A stretch of 64,000 nt of DNA from Octopus sinensis (taxonomy: Eukaryota): positions 120,342,001 to 120,406,000 of the forward strand of contig NC_043001.1 of NCBI RefSeq assembly GCF_006345805.1, written 5' to 3'. The position numbers and the translations under genes are program-made. Of the stretch, positions 14,600 through 28,090 are shown piece by piece (position 1 is the stretch's first letter; every line of letters begins with the position of its first letter). The notes under the pieces are model-generated. The model worked only from the letters and a program-made list of their open reading frames with translations, did not search any database and was not told the DNA's origin.

Positions 14600-15144
14600 G
14601 AGTGAGAGAGCAGTGCATGCCATCAAAGTGACACTGGGGTAAAACATACGAAGCCCAGTATACCCATCATGACTACCCGTCTGATAAAGGTACACTAGGC
14701 ACATGCATCACAACCAAATGTGCGCGACATGGTGATCTCATATCAAGATAAACAGCACATGACCTTGCAGGTGGAGCCCAGTTAGAATTTTCTTCGGGTC
14801 GAGTAACCCATCCCGCTCAAAAGGTCCCTGATTAAGGGTTGTTTAAGGATGTTGAATGAAACACCCATGTTTCCAGAGGTAAATTATTCAAACCCCAAAG
14901 AATTATTCTCAACTCATGGCTATGATGCTCCCCCACTACTTCTGCTCGTGATCAGAGATGCACATAACGTCAGCCACTAAGGGACATACTCAACTGGTTA
15001 AGGTCAAACAACTGACAAGCAAATCTGTGGTATTGAGCAGAATATTTGCTGTAGCCCATCTTTTATACCAAGACAAAACAATGTACATGATAACACTTCC
15101 AATCAGTTAAGATCAGAAGCCATGACAGCCACTGCCTGGTACTG

Positions 15145-15146
<2 letters not shown>
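14600..15146 (-). mobile_element. Unclassified ~550-bp (TAA)n-embedded non-coding element, copy 1
   Basis: Highly similar to the copies at 38679, 39290 and 39806; (ATT)n on both sides. Strand inferred from the (TAA)n-tail orientation. Confidence 0.85.
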
Positions 15147-15184
<38 letters not shown>

Positions 15185-15185
15185 T

Positions 15186-15350
15186 AGGCGACGAGCTGAC
15201 AGTATCGTTAGCACGCTGGTGAATCGCCTAGCAGCATTTCGCCCGTCACTACGTTCTGAGTTTAATCTCCGCTGAGGTTGACTTTGCCTCTCATTCTTTT
15301 AGGGTCCATAAAATAGGTACTTTGGTCAATATAATCGGCATATTCCCTCC
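15186..15350 (+). mobile_element. SINE family B
   Basis: Head aggcgacgagctgacag.atcgttagcacg, B-box-like gttctgagtttaatctcc. Confidence 0.8.
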
Positions 15351-15404
15351 CCTGAAGCAAATAGTAGTAGTAATAATAGTGCCGGCAATAACAGTACTGA
15401 TAAT

Positions 15405-15615
15405 CCTTTCAATTATAGGTACAAGGCCTGAAAGATGGGAGAGGGAGATAGTCGATTACATCGACCGTACAGTTTCACTGGTACTTAATTTAATGATCCT
15501 GAAAAACTAAAAGGTAAAGTCAACCTCGGCGGAATTTGAGCTCAGAACGCCGCGGCAGACGAAATACTGTAAAGCATTTCGCCCGGCGTGCTACCGATTC
15601 TACCAGCCCGCCGCT
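15405..15615 (-). mobile_element. SINE family B, inverted relative to the neighbouring copy
   Basis: Reverse complement of the family B head, body and tail. Confidence 0.85.
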
Positions 15616-15704
15616 TTAATAACAGTAATGATGATAACAGTTAAAAGTGATAGTATCGATAGTAGAGGAAGTATTGATAATATTAATTGAAAAGCAATAA
15701 TTAA

Positions 15705-17871
15705 CATGTGACGCAGTGCAACTATCACTTGGTCAGGCCGCCGGCGACGAAACTGGCAACCCCACTAAGCTTGTTTCGCGAGGAGGGTGAAATATATTCT
15801 TTTGGACACCCTTCGGGATGAAAAATTAAACCCACCCAGAAAGGACAAAGGAACTCAGAAGACTCAATAGTCATCCAAAACTCGTTAGCCTTGGACGGCA
15901 ATCTGTCTAGGAAAAGGAACACTCTGATTTAAAAACTGGTTAGACAAGATTTCTTAACCAGTCTGGTGACAACCTATCAGTGACTAATGGCTTCATCCAT
16001 AGGATGATACCAAATGAACCACGAATCGGGAGCTAACTCCCGAGTAATGGTCAGATGAAGACACGGAACCAACCGACTACATCTGTTTCCCAGTAAGAAT
16101 CATGAACATCATATGAATAGCAAGGGCCCATGGCCCCCAGCAGTCAGATACGATAATTGGAATAGTCCCGACGTATGGGTAGTAATCGCTATTTAGTCTT
16201 AGTTGACAATCTTACTAGAGATTGTGTGTCGATAAAAATACTGGTTGCTGGATAACCTTAAAACACAAATCTCAATATTGAGTGAAAATATCTGAAACAA
16301 GTGCATCGAATAATGGTATGAATGAGACAGGAACCAATGGCGAAGGTCTTTCGCCTGGCAGATGCCCTGTGGTTGAGCAGCATAGGCTCGGTTGTCATTC
16401 AGACAGAGTCTACACCAAAAGTTTGAGACAGAAAATATTGGAACAAGGAGGCAGACTGAACTGTAATTGAAGTGAAGGCACAAGTAGGGAATTGCGAAAA
16501 CGCATGAAGTCAAAATGGGATGAAATAGGCCACCTTGAGATAAGTGAGCAACGGTTAACCGATTATGCATCAGCAATAAAAACAAATGGGTGGTTAACAA
16601 ACATGGAAATTGAAGAAATAAAAAGGAAAATAGAAAACAATGATAAAACTGCACCAGCAGATAGGAATGAATGGAGGCAGTGAATTTCTAGATATGGGTA
16701 TAAATGCAGAGGTAAATGGAAGAGTTATATGACAAGGATACAATGATGATATAGTGAGGATGATGTACCGACATAATAGAGAAGATCAACATCAAACCCC
16801 GCCAGTCTGAGTTATGTTGACTGTCACAAGCTGGAAGTGGAAAGTGGAAAGACAGATTCTGTTCCTGGACTCCATCAGACAGGAAATATAACTGAAACCA
16901 ACATGATTATCAGCGTTGCAGCTAAGGCTTCCGGGGAAAGAGTTGGATCCAAAAGACGAGACCAAACAGTGCGTAACGAACGTGACGGAGATGGATTTGT
17001 GAGAGACAAGGTTAGAAAGACATTTGGGAGAAGATAATAGATTGGAAAGAGAGTAATTGCAAAACGGAAGCTTCAGAACAAGACTGGAAGGAACATATAG
17101 AATAAGAGATAACGAGTATGACGTAATACTTTGGAAGACCAGAAACAAAAAGCAGTAGAAATCCAAGCAAAACTGGAAAGATATGACATAAAAGAAAACA
17201 ACTGAAGCAGAACAGATTGATCGAAGCCAATCAGACAAAAAAAAAACTGTTTGAGAAACAAACACTGTTAATATTCCGGAGTGTGGCTGCATGAAATCCA
17301 ACATGAGGTGAGAAATATACATTGTCAACACAACATAAAATAAATACAGAAAAGATAAAAAGACAGATAAGCAAAATTCCGAATTGGAAGAGCCGCGGGC
17401 TGGATGACGTCCAAGGTTATTGGATGAAGCTGAGAGAGCTCTATAAAAAGATAGCAGACCAACTGGATAAGTGCTTGTAGGAAGGCTTAATACCCAGGTA
17501 GAAGACAAAAGGAAAGGCAGAATCTTGAAAAGGGTAACATTGTATCCAAATTTCGACCCATAACTTGCCTTCCACTAACGTGAAAACTATTGTCAGATGT
17601 TTTGGCCAGTGAACTGAAAAAAATGAAGATTGTACTAATTACTGTTGTTTTTTGGGGGACAATATCAGAAAGCATCACGAGGAATAGAAGGCAAATCGGA
17701 ATATAATTACCAGTCGGAAGGACGCGCAAAAGCTTTGCGTCCTTGGCGCGGTCAGAATCATCAAGCAAGTATTAGATAGTAGAAAATAACAAATAGCATC
17801 GTACCCTAAGCTGCAGGTATTAAGCCCGCTACACATGAAAGACTCTGGGAGTTACATCAAAACCTGAGTTA
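15705..17871 (+). mobile_element. R4/Dong-like LINE subfamily B, internally deleted, with (TAA)n tail
   Basis: N-terminal motif WDEIGHLEISEQRLTDYASAIKTNGWL...IEEIKR; start of RT (FRPITCLP..KLLSDVLASE) joined at about 17620 to a frameshifted C-terminus (V..G.LGTI...GA.RIIKQVLD); ends in (TAA)n. 5' boundary approximate. Confidence 0.7.
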
Positions 17872-18015
<144 letters not shown>

Positions 18016-18383
18016 AGTGGTCAGAGTTGAGGTTGGGAATGTTGGCATTAAGATAACATTATAGCGTGGAGATTTTCGTATTGCATGAAATATCAATGAA
18101 TTGAATTATGATGAGAATTTGAAACGTTGGTATTTCATGCGATAAACAAGACAAGTACCTTCGTTAATGTCATTTGTTTGCCTCGTATTCAAGAAAAGTT
18201 CAGACATTAACAAGAGCACTAAGTGGAGTGTCTTTAGAGAAAGAAGACGTAGGGAATTTTAGAAAACATTAGCGAACACTATTATGCGTGCTGGTGCAGG
18301 CAGTACGTGTGGGAATAATCTACTTCATATTGTTTTCTACTCATTAACATTTTTGTTGTTTTAGAGCAAAGAATGTACATATG

Positions 18384-18470
<87 letters not shown>

Positions 18471-18699
18471 TGATGCAAGTAAACACGCTTGGGCTTGATA
18501 CATGAAATATACCATATATATAAATACATGTGAACATAGAGAGATAAAAACTAAAAATATTCATCAGATGAGCATGTAGATATATATATATTTACAGAAC
18601 AAATTTACGTGGAGTACAAAAAGTATCATAGCCTCTCCCCTTAGCTTTCTGTATTTTTGTACTTCGTATAAATTTGTTTTATAAAGGTGTGGGTGTGTG

Positions 18700-19090
18700 A
18701 AGCTTGTGTGGGAAGCTTGTTTCCCACCCACATGGTTTCGAATTTAGTCCCACTGAGTAACACCTTGGGCAAATATCATCTGCTATAGTCTGGAGCCGAC
18801 CGAATCCTTGTGAGTGGATTTGATGGATATATATATATATATGTTTCTATGCATCGATGTGTGTTGTGTGTGTGTGTGTGTGTGTTGTGTGTGTGTGTGT
18901 GCGTGTGTGTGTGTGTGTGTGTGTGCGTGTGTGCGTGTGTGTGTGTGTGGTGTGTGTGTGGTGTGTGTGTGTTTGTACCACTACCACCCCTTGACAACAA
19001 AGTAATTATCATCTACAATAGCTTTGGGCCGACCAAATCCTTGTGGATGGATTTCGTTGACGGAAACTGAAAGAAGCATGTCGTATATAA
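18700..19090 (+). mobile_element. SINE family A, rearranged copy or two partial copies with (GT)n
   Basis: caccttgggcaaatatc...gccgaccgaatccttgtgagtggattt, and a second gggccgaccaaatccttgtgg...gacggaaactgaaagaagc. Confidence 0.7.
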
Positions 19091-21419
19091 TGTGTGTGTG
19101 CGTGCGTGCGTTGTGTGTATGAGTGTGTGTGTGTATGTGTTTGTGTGTGTGTGTGTGTGTGTACTGAACCACAAAAGAAACGTCGCATACATACTAAATA
19201 GGAACAGGTTTACTAACAGACTGCCATTGATTGAAGAGTGCTAATTAAGAAATGATAAAACGCATTACAAACACTATTAAGCGTAGTACATAGTTGGTAT
19301 TTTTATTTTATTAACCCCCCAAATGTGAGAGACAAAACCGACCTCCGAAGGATTGGAAATCAGAACAAGAGCTGGAATGAATATTACGTTCCGAGTTGTC
19401 AAACGCTCTAGCTGTTCGGGCAGTCTATTGTCTTAATTATAATGACAATAATCGATTTCTTGACGCAGATTCATTGCCTACGTTGGAGGATGAGTCTCTT
19501 ATTTGAGCAGTTCTGAACCGAGATTTTATTCTATCGATCCCAAACGTTTCTGTCAATAATGATACTTTTTTTTTATAGAACCACTGAGGACAATTTAATA
19601 CAATTTTTTCATACATACAAGTACGAAATCTTAAGTCTTGATGTTGACAAAACGAGACAAAGAACAAGCAAATTATAGAGACAAAGCAAGTGAGACAAAA
19701 GATCAAATTATTTTTAAATAATTGTCGAATAGTAAAACACAATAAATAAAATTATCATGAAAGTACAAACATATAGGGTTTCCCACCCACATATATTTGA
19801 GAGTCCATTAGTTTGGTTTGGGTAAAGTATCACATGACTCAGCTCTTTCACAACTGCTGATGCAGAAGCACGGTACACCACAAAGAACCTGACACGGTAC
19901 ACGAAGTAAGATACATCCCACTTCTTCAGGAATCTTTAGCTCAACTTGATTAATTTTTGCTGGGATTTTTTTTAAAATTCCATCTCCGTTGTGCTGTTTG
20001 TGTTCAGATCCCTTTTTCTTTTAGCTTATCATTTGTTTTATTCCCTAAGTCCGTTACGTGTTCCAGGAAGGGTTTGTTGATTTTGTTTTCGAATGAACGT
20101 GAATTTTATGTTTCGTTTTACTCAACTTTATGTCCGGTTCGTCCTTACTTCTGTCTTTGGCTCTCTTCCAACATTTTCTTTCCAGTCGCATTCCACTCCT
20201 TTCCGACTTCTGTCGCTTTCCCAATGTCACAAATCAACTTGGAAGAATGAACTGGTGTTCCCTCGTCAGCTTCTGGGATGGAGGATCACAGATTTTCCGG
20301 CCCCTTGTGTATTTGAAGTTGGCATTTGCTGTTGTTTCTCTGCTGAACCACATTCCTCCCCCTATCTCTCTTACATTGGTTTCTTTCTTCAGGATAATAT
20401 TCAATTTCAAATATTCCACGCCATTTCCTACGCTTGCAAAGGTGACATCGTTACATGATGTCGCGTAAATATTTTCGCTTACCCCAGACTGTCTGCATGT
20501 GTCAGTGGTGTCACTGTCGATGTTGTTGTTAGCCATATTTCCATTTGCAGTGTTGCACTTTTGCACTTTTGCCTGAAAACTATTATTTTCCTTTTGTTTA
20601 TTTCTCCATTTATATCTTTCTGTGCAATCAAATTATTATTTTCTTGTTTCTTGTTTTATGTCGTTCATTGTCAATTTTCTTTTGGCCGGAGTTGTGTCCC
20701 GGGACAGTAGCAGCCAATTTTCTTTGTATAGACAACGCGAAGTAATAAATTTTTTCTAAACTTAATTTTTATACAAATCTTATTTTTAATTTATTTATAT
20801 TTTTGACTGTTTTGTAAACACAGTATTTTGTAATTGTAACTGGAATTTAATAAACAATGTAAAGAAACGATAAACGATAACAATACTGATTACGATAACA
20901 ACGTCAACGGTAACAACAACAATAACAACAATAACTCTAATGCACATGCACGTAGTTTGGCAACCGAAAGAGTATAAAAATATTAATGGTATTTCAGTAA
21001 ACAAAATTATCGTAAACAAATTTGATGATATTTAATAACATTTGTAGGTGCTCTCGCGCGCGCACACTCGCACACATACGCACACATGCATACACACTCG
21101 AACACATACGCAAACATGCACCCACATACACACACACACCATCATCACAGAAAATGTCTTGAATCTAGGATAAAATCCATCTTTAGCAAACTTACTCTAA
21201 AGAAAAAATATGTTTAATATAGAAAATATGAGAGAATTTCTTTTGCGATACTTTTTCGCGAAAGCAGTTGTTTCTCTGCTCGAAGATTATCGCCCAAACA
21301 CAACGCGTTTCTGACTTGCACTTAGTGAAAGCCACAGGATCTTTCAATGTATTCACTTTAGAACAATTAGGGGTGAGTGCTGCCGGCACATTGGAGCAAA
21401 ATCTACTTAATGAGAAGGA

Positions 21420-21837
21420 AAGCACGATATGCAACGTTTTTAAAACTGAACACAGAACGAGAGCATAAGTTTTTGCATAAAACCCCTGTCTACAGACTTA
21501 TTCTTGCACGTGGTAGGTGTTGAAAGAAAGGTTCTGCAGCTATTTTAGATTCCAGAACTGGTCCCGGTGTTGTTTTAGAAACGGCAACTTTGTGGTTTGC
21601 CGCTGCTCTTGTACCTGTTGTTTTATTACTTGCAGCACAACTGGATCGAAAGCACTCAAATAACATTTACTGTACATATGTTAACAGCTTAAATTTCTGC
21701 CCTGAATCATCAGTTGCAGAACCATTCTTTCAGCACCTACACATGCAAGGAAAAGTCTGTAGACAGGGGTATTATGTAAAAACTTAGCTTATGCTCTCGT
21801 TCTGTTTTCAGTTTTAAAAACGTTGTATATCGTGCTT
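21420..21837. repeat. Inverted repeat, ~120-bp arms with ~170-bp spacer (MITE-like)
   Basis: 21420-21541 is the imperfect reverse complement of 21712-21837. Confidence 0.85.
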
Positions 21838-22604
21838 ATTAGACACTAAGCTCAAAATGCCCTGACATCAACTTTACCTATCATCCTTTTAGGGATGTAA
21901 CGTATAGCCATCTTCAAATAGTTCCGCCAATTTGTGGTAGCTGGCATTATGACGTAATGTCGTATTGCCGAAGAAATATGATTGTTGTTTTCCCATTAGT
22001 TGAAATAGCTGCTCATATAGGAATTCTGTAAATTAGTTAAAGAATATTTTTATGTGATTTCAATTATTTAAGGTCAAGTTGAGCAGTTATAAAAACCCTG
22101 GATTTTAGGGAGAACTTTAGTGTTTGTGGGATGTAACTAAACTCCACGACACTCACTCCTTTGAGACGTAAATTTTAAGTCGTAATTCTCTACGCCAAAA
22201 TTACTTTACTTCAAATTGTAATATAAATATTAAAAATGCAAAACGTACATAAATAAAATAAAGTAGTAATTATTTTCTTTTTTTCACGTTCTTCAACTTA
22301 TTAATGAAATGTATTTCTGTAATTATGAAAATGTATTTTTTATAACGGTTAAAAGAACACGAAATTATTTATATTCACCATACATGCACGCATAAAATGT
22401 CTGTTAACGTTTCAGAAAATATATTTCTCGCTATGACGTTTATGTAGCTGGAGTCAGGATTTACGTATAATGGTAACACTTATAAGCAAGTTGTAAGTGA
22501 TGGGTTTTTCAATATACATCCCTACTTCAAAAGTTAAATACATTTATCCATTTCCAAATAGGAAACATATAAAAGTAGCGTTACACTAACAGTAAACAAA
22601 CCAA

Positions 22605-22800
22605 CCAGAAAATTTCCGCTATAGAGACGATAAAATAAAGTATCAGTCAAGTACTGGGATCGATGTCATCAAATAGACCCGCTTGTGGAAGAAAGAATTA
22701 TTAAGGCAGCCAGTTGGAAGAACTGTTAGCGAGGTGGACAAAATGCAATCGACAATGACCTTCCCCAAATATTGCTAGCCTTGTGCCAAGATCTGAAACC
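22605..22800 (+). mobile_element. SINE family B 3' remnant
   Basis: gataaaataaagtatcagtcaagtactgggatcgatgt and tail aaatattgctagccttgtgccaagatctgaaacc. Confidence 0.6.
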
Positions 22801-22802
22801 AT

Positions 22803-23004
<202 letters not shown>

Positions 23005-23522
23005 TGTCGTTGTTAGTGTCGTTGTTGTCGTTGTACAAACCCAGTCGAACTTCAAAAATAAAACAACCTTTGTTACCTCTAATTATTCTCTCTGATCGAT
23101 GGTTTCTTACGCAAGAAACGCCGAAATTATATTCTCTTCTTCCCCTCTTCCTACTTCCTGATCTTCCTAATCTACAGCTCTACTTCCTCGCACTACTCCT
23201 ATTCTCCTCTCCCCTTCTTCCTGAGACTTCCAACAAAATCAATAGAGCACTTGGCGCTACGCACTGAGGTGGTGCTTACTAGACGTTATTTATACCTTGT
23301 TAGATAAAATCTAACCAATGTGAATATGTATCTGGTGTCTGCTGGCACTGTGTCGATGAAGAGAGGACTTATTAATACATTTGGCTTGCGTGTCTGTGAT
23401 TGCATACGAGTGTATATGCAGACGGGTGCGCTCACTCGTTGGGCGTGCGCACTTAGGTTTGCAACTGTTCTATCTCGATGTATGACTTTAGGTAAACACA
23501 GGCATTTATGTATTGACACGTG

Positions 23523-23593
<71 letters not shown>

Positions 23594-24070
23594 TATATAC
23601 GTATCTATGTATTCGTGTGAGTGACGTGAATATATATATGCACATATAAAGTTTTGCATATATATATATATATATATATTATATGTGTATGTAGGCATAT
23701 GCATATATACATGCATGCATTCATACATGCATACACACATACATACGTGCATGCATACATACATATACATATTTATGTATGCAGGTGTTTGTGTGCGCCG
23801 GGACTTATGCATATACGTTGGTATATTTCTAAGTGTCAGTACACTTATATGTAGACGCATATGTCTGTTGATAGATGCCAAATCGGTAAAAGTCGATAAT
23901 ATATTGATCTGACCTGATCGAAATTATTAATAAATGCGCCAAGATTACAGTGTTAAAAAAGAATAATTTGAAGGCAGACTGAGCCAAGCAAAAGTGGAGA
24001 TGGAGATAGCGACAACAAGAGAAGAAATACAGGAAGGTTTGGAATGGTGGATGTAGAGAAAAATGGTGCG

Positions 24071-24105
<35 letters not shown>

Positions 24106-24177
24106 GCGTGTGTGCGTGCGCGTGTGTGAAAGAGAGAGATAGATGTATTGAGAGGTAGACAGACGGATTGATTGCCA

Positions 24178-24213
<36 letters not shown>

Positions 24214-25044
24214 CGTATTCATGAGGAACAGCTTTCCTTTCAAACATATGGCTTTCAAAATACAGACTATGTTCTAGTTTTATCTTTATTACTAATACTG
24301 CTCTCATATTTCCTCCCTGGTTCGTCAGTGTTAGTTTGGACGAGTAAATTCTCCTAAACTCACTGGCGGAATATCACATTCATTTACACTAAATGCATTA
24401 TTTAGCAACCTGCTGTCGCGATTTGACTATCAACATCCATACAAGAAATTGACACCAGCAGAACCCATCGACAGAAGAGCATCAGTTTCCCCAGCACCAC
24501 CACCAAAACGAAACCATAAACAACGAAATGCACAGAATAAAACACATTAGTCAATAATAGCCACGCAAAGAAAGTATTTGGCCAAACTATAGAATATTCC
24601 AGAAGCAATAAAATACAGTAAATACTGCAAACATTACACATAATAAATAAAGATATATGACGCTAAATGTGATCCGCGAATCATTTATTTGCTATTATAA
24701 AAAAATTGCTATAATATACATGAATATTTCATAAATTTTTTTTAAAAAGTGAATACAAAATACAAGGCACCTAATCAAATGCTAACAATGAAAGTATTCA
24801 ACAGTAATTAGGTAAAACTCCACCAGGACATGGGGCAGAAATTGCCCGACACGCAATCATCCAGTCAACATATTTCGCAACATTTCTTCTAGTTGGAACT
24901 ATCTGTACACACCTCAACCATGGCCATAGGTTTTTATATATCATATATTTTTGCATGCAATGTAAAAGTGTTAACTCTTAGATTTTTTCCTAGACTTTAC
25001 ACTTCATTCATTGTCTTTCCCACTCACTCTATAAATATTAGTCT

Positions 25045-25267
25045 CAAATTTTGGCATAATGCCAGCAATATTTTTTTTGGGGGGGTGGGGGGGGGGGTAA
25101 GTCAATTACATCGACCCCAGTACTCAACTGAGACTTATTTTATCGATTCCGAAAGGATGAAAGGCAAAGATGACCTCGGTCGAATTTGAACCCAGAAGGT
25201 ATAGATGGACGAAATGCCGCTAAGCATTTTGCCCGGCGTACTAACGATTCTGCCAGCTCGCCGCCTT
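25045..25267 (-). mobile_element. SINE family B, near full length
   Basis: Ends ...gcattttgcccggcgtactaacgattctgccagctcgccgcc, the reverse complement of the tRNA-like head; a partial tail copy follows at about 25290-25375. Confidence 0.9.
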
Positions 25268-25571
25268 AACACTCTATTGATATTAATTATTTCTACTAAA
25301 CACACAAGCATTGAAATTAGGGGGAAAGGGACTAGTCGATTACATTGACCCCAGTGTTTTACTGGTACTTATATCTGCTAATATTAATAACAGACTTTAA
25401 GAATAATAGCGTTGAAAGGCAATTTACCAATAACATGTCACAATACAAATCATTTAGGCATTAAACCTACTACAAATGATCAATATGATAACTGCAAACA
25501 TGAAGTGTAAACTTCACGAGTGAAACCGAGTTATTAGCCATTAAAATGTAACATTTTCGTGTTGGCCAATG

Positions 25572-26140
25572 TATTGGGTTGTCCGGAAAGTTCATGCCGA
25601 TTTTTAAAGGAAAGAAAAGGTCAATAAATACTTGCCATTACATTTTTAATCAACCAAATATGAACTATTTTGTTGCACAATGCGTCTCCATCTTTCCTTT
25701 AACTTGAAAGTACCCTCTTCCCAGAATTGAGGTGGTTTCATGGCAAAGAATTCATCAAGGTATCTTTTTACGTAGTCCAAGGAATTGAAATTTTTACCAT
25801 TAAGTCTATTCTGCAGAGACCAGAATAAGTGGAAATCCGAAGGAGCAATATCTGGTGAATATGGAGGGTGGGGTAACACATCCCAGCCGAGCAACAGCAA
25901 TTTTTGTCTGGTTCCCAAAGCATCAAGTGCCGAAAATGAACTTTCTTATCTTCCATTTTAAAGAGTTACAGAATTAACACAAGTTATAGGAACATAAACT
26001 TTCTTTCACGAAAAGATAGCTTAAACTGTGCTCTAAATGGAGATGTAGTCAAATCCTATTTTATGGACTCAACCATGTTCTAAAATAAATCGAAAGGTAA
26101 GCTACTATAAATCATCACGAACTTTCCGGACAACCTAATA
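25572..26140 (-). mobile_element. Non-autonomous mariner (Tc1/mariner) deletion derivative, copy 1
   Basis: TIRs TTGGGTTGTCCGGAAAGTTC / GAACTTTCCGGACAACCTAA, TA flanks; transposase N-terminus (MEDKKVHFRHLM) fused to C-terminus (LPHPPYSPDIAPSDFHLF). Confidence 0.92.
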
Positions 26141-26417
26141 CTTACGATGCAAATCAGTTGCATCACACTGCATATCACTGCATCGTGCAGCCTAAAACTG
26201 ATTATAGCAGGAAAACTTTAGCAAACAATGCTTCTGTCTTAGACAGCTCTTCCCAGAGGAAACTAAATGATCAGTTATTGAAGTAATATTAATAGTTCAG
26301 CTGAAGGCATAAATGAATACACGTTGCAGGAATACATGGTCAGGTTTATGGAATTCTAATTTCTCTGTAAGTCTCTTGTCCCATGATAACATATCTATGT
26401 GGTATGGTGGAATACAC

Positions 26418-26454
<37 letters not shown>

Positions 26455-26723
26455 CAAAAACTTTTATATATATATATACATCGGAGGTCCGAAGTTTCTG
26501 TTGCCACAGTAACGAAGCTAAGACACGCATCGTAAATATGCTTGGCAAAGATTGACCTTGGACTCCACTGTGCATGCGCACTAAGATCTAACGTTGTAGT
26601 TCACTTCCACTGTTTACAGTAGTGCTTGTAAGGAATATGTGTGTGTGTATATATATATATATATGTATGTATATGTAAATGAATATATATATATATATAT
26701 ACATATATATATGTATATGTAAA

Positions 26724-26783
<60 letters not shown>

Positions 26784-27720
26784 TACATATTTCTTCAGCT
26801 TGTGTTCTAATATACTTTTAAGTAATTATTATCTTTTGGAATTAATGCCGCTTTATTAATTATTTTTGAATAAACCCACTGTCTAATTGAGATACCGGTG
26901 TATGATTAGGAATTTGGATTCTCTATATATATATTGCTAACCGAGAAATCAGTTTTCGATCGTCTGTCTAATGAAGGCCGAATGCATGTGATCTAGTAGT
27001 CCCGGCGGCGATGGCGGAGGATTATCTCCCTTTAACGATATAGATAGTAGTGCTTATATGCACCACAATTCCATATGACAAGTTCTCTCATGTAACTATC
27101 AAAGTGTTCTGTGTTCCACTTTTAAAAGGAGATAAAATTACCCTTGGGATTAATATTGCTTCTCTATATGAATATAGTTTTGTGTCTCAGGTGCTAATGG
27201 ACTTATAGCAGCGATGTCATAACATGCAGCATTTCCTGAGTATTGGAATATGGCGGAGCCCTTACCCCTCTCAGTTAAAACACACAAACTGTAGCCGATT
27301 CATTTGAGTTAAAAGTAGAAAGAAAATTAACCGAAGTATCCGATTCGTACCTTTTTTTTATCGATCCATGTAAAATAAGGGTAAATAAGACCTTCGTTTG
27401 GTTTGATCTCTACGTTCAGTAATCCACAATTAATACCGCGACTCACTCTATGCGGCGCTCTAATGATTCTAGCATTATGTATGTATGCGAGCATGTCCAT
27501 GTTTATATATATATGTATGTGTATGAGTACGACTTTTAAAGCGCATACATGTGTGTGTATATATATATAAGTATATGTATATATAATATATATATATATA
27601 TATATAATATATATATATATATAATATATATATATATATAAGTATATGTATATATATATATTATATATATGTATGTATGTATGTATGCATACACATATGT
27701 TTATATATATATATATATTC

Positions 27721-27960
27721 GGAGACGTAAACACACCAGCACCGTTTGTCAAGCGGTGATAGAGGGATAAACACAGACACAAAGACATACAATATATACA
27801 CACACATAAATATACGACACATACTCTTTCAGTTTCCGTCTATCAAATCCACTCACAAAGTTTTGTCTGGCCCGAGGCTATAGTAGAAGTCACTAACCCA
27901 AGGTTCGACGCAGTGGGACTGAACCCGGAACCACGTAGTTGGGAAGCAAGTTTCTTACTA
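27721..27960 (-). mobile_element. SINE family A, 5' two-thirds
   Basis: Reverse complement of head (gcagtgggactgaacccggaaccac...gggaagcaag) and body. Confidence 0.85.
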
Positions 27961-27979
27961 TACTGACAGACAGACAAAC

Positions 27980-28090
<111 letters not shown>

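Noticed and set aside
20234-20566. 110-aa ORF in non-repetitive sequence (also 10547-10732)
   Set aside because: No recognisable motif or splice structure; length compatible with chance.
21890-22524. hAT-type TIR pair TAGGGATGTA / TACATCCCTA
   Set aside because: Only 10 bp match and the flanking 8-mers (catccttt vs cttcaaaa) are not a TSD; may be real but is unsupported.
25646-25918. SETMAR/Metnase-like gene
   Set aside because: Transposase fragment inside TIR-bounded, deleted mariner copies with no SET domain.
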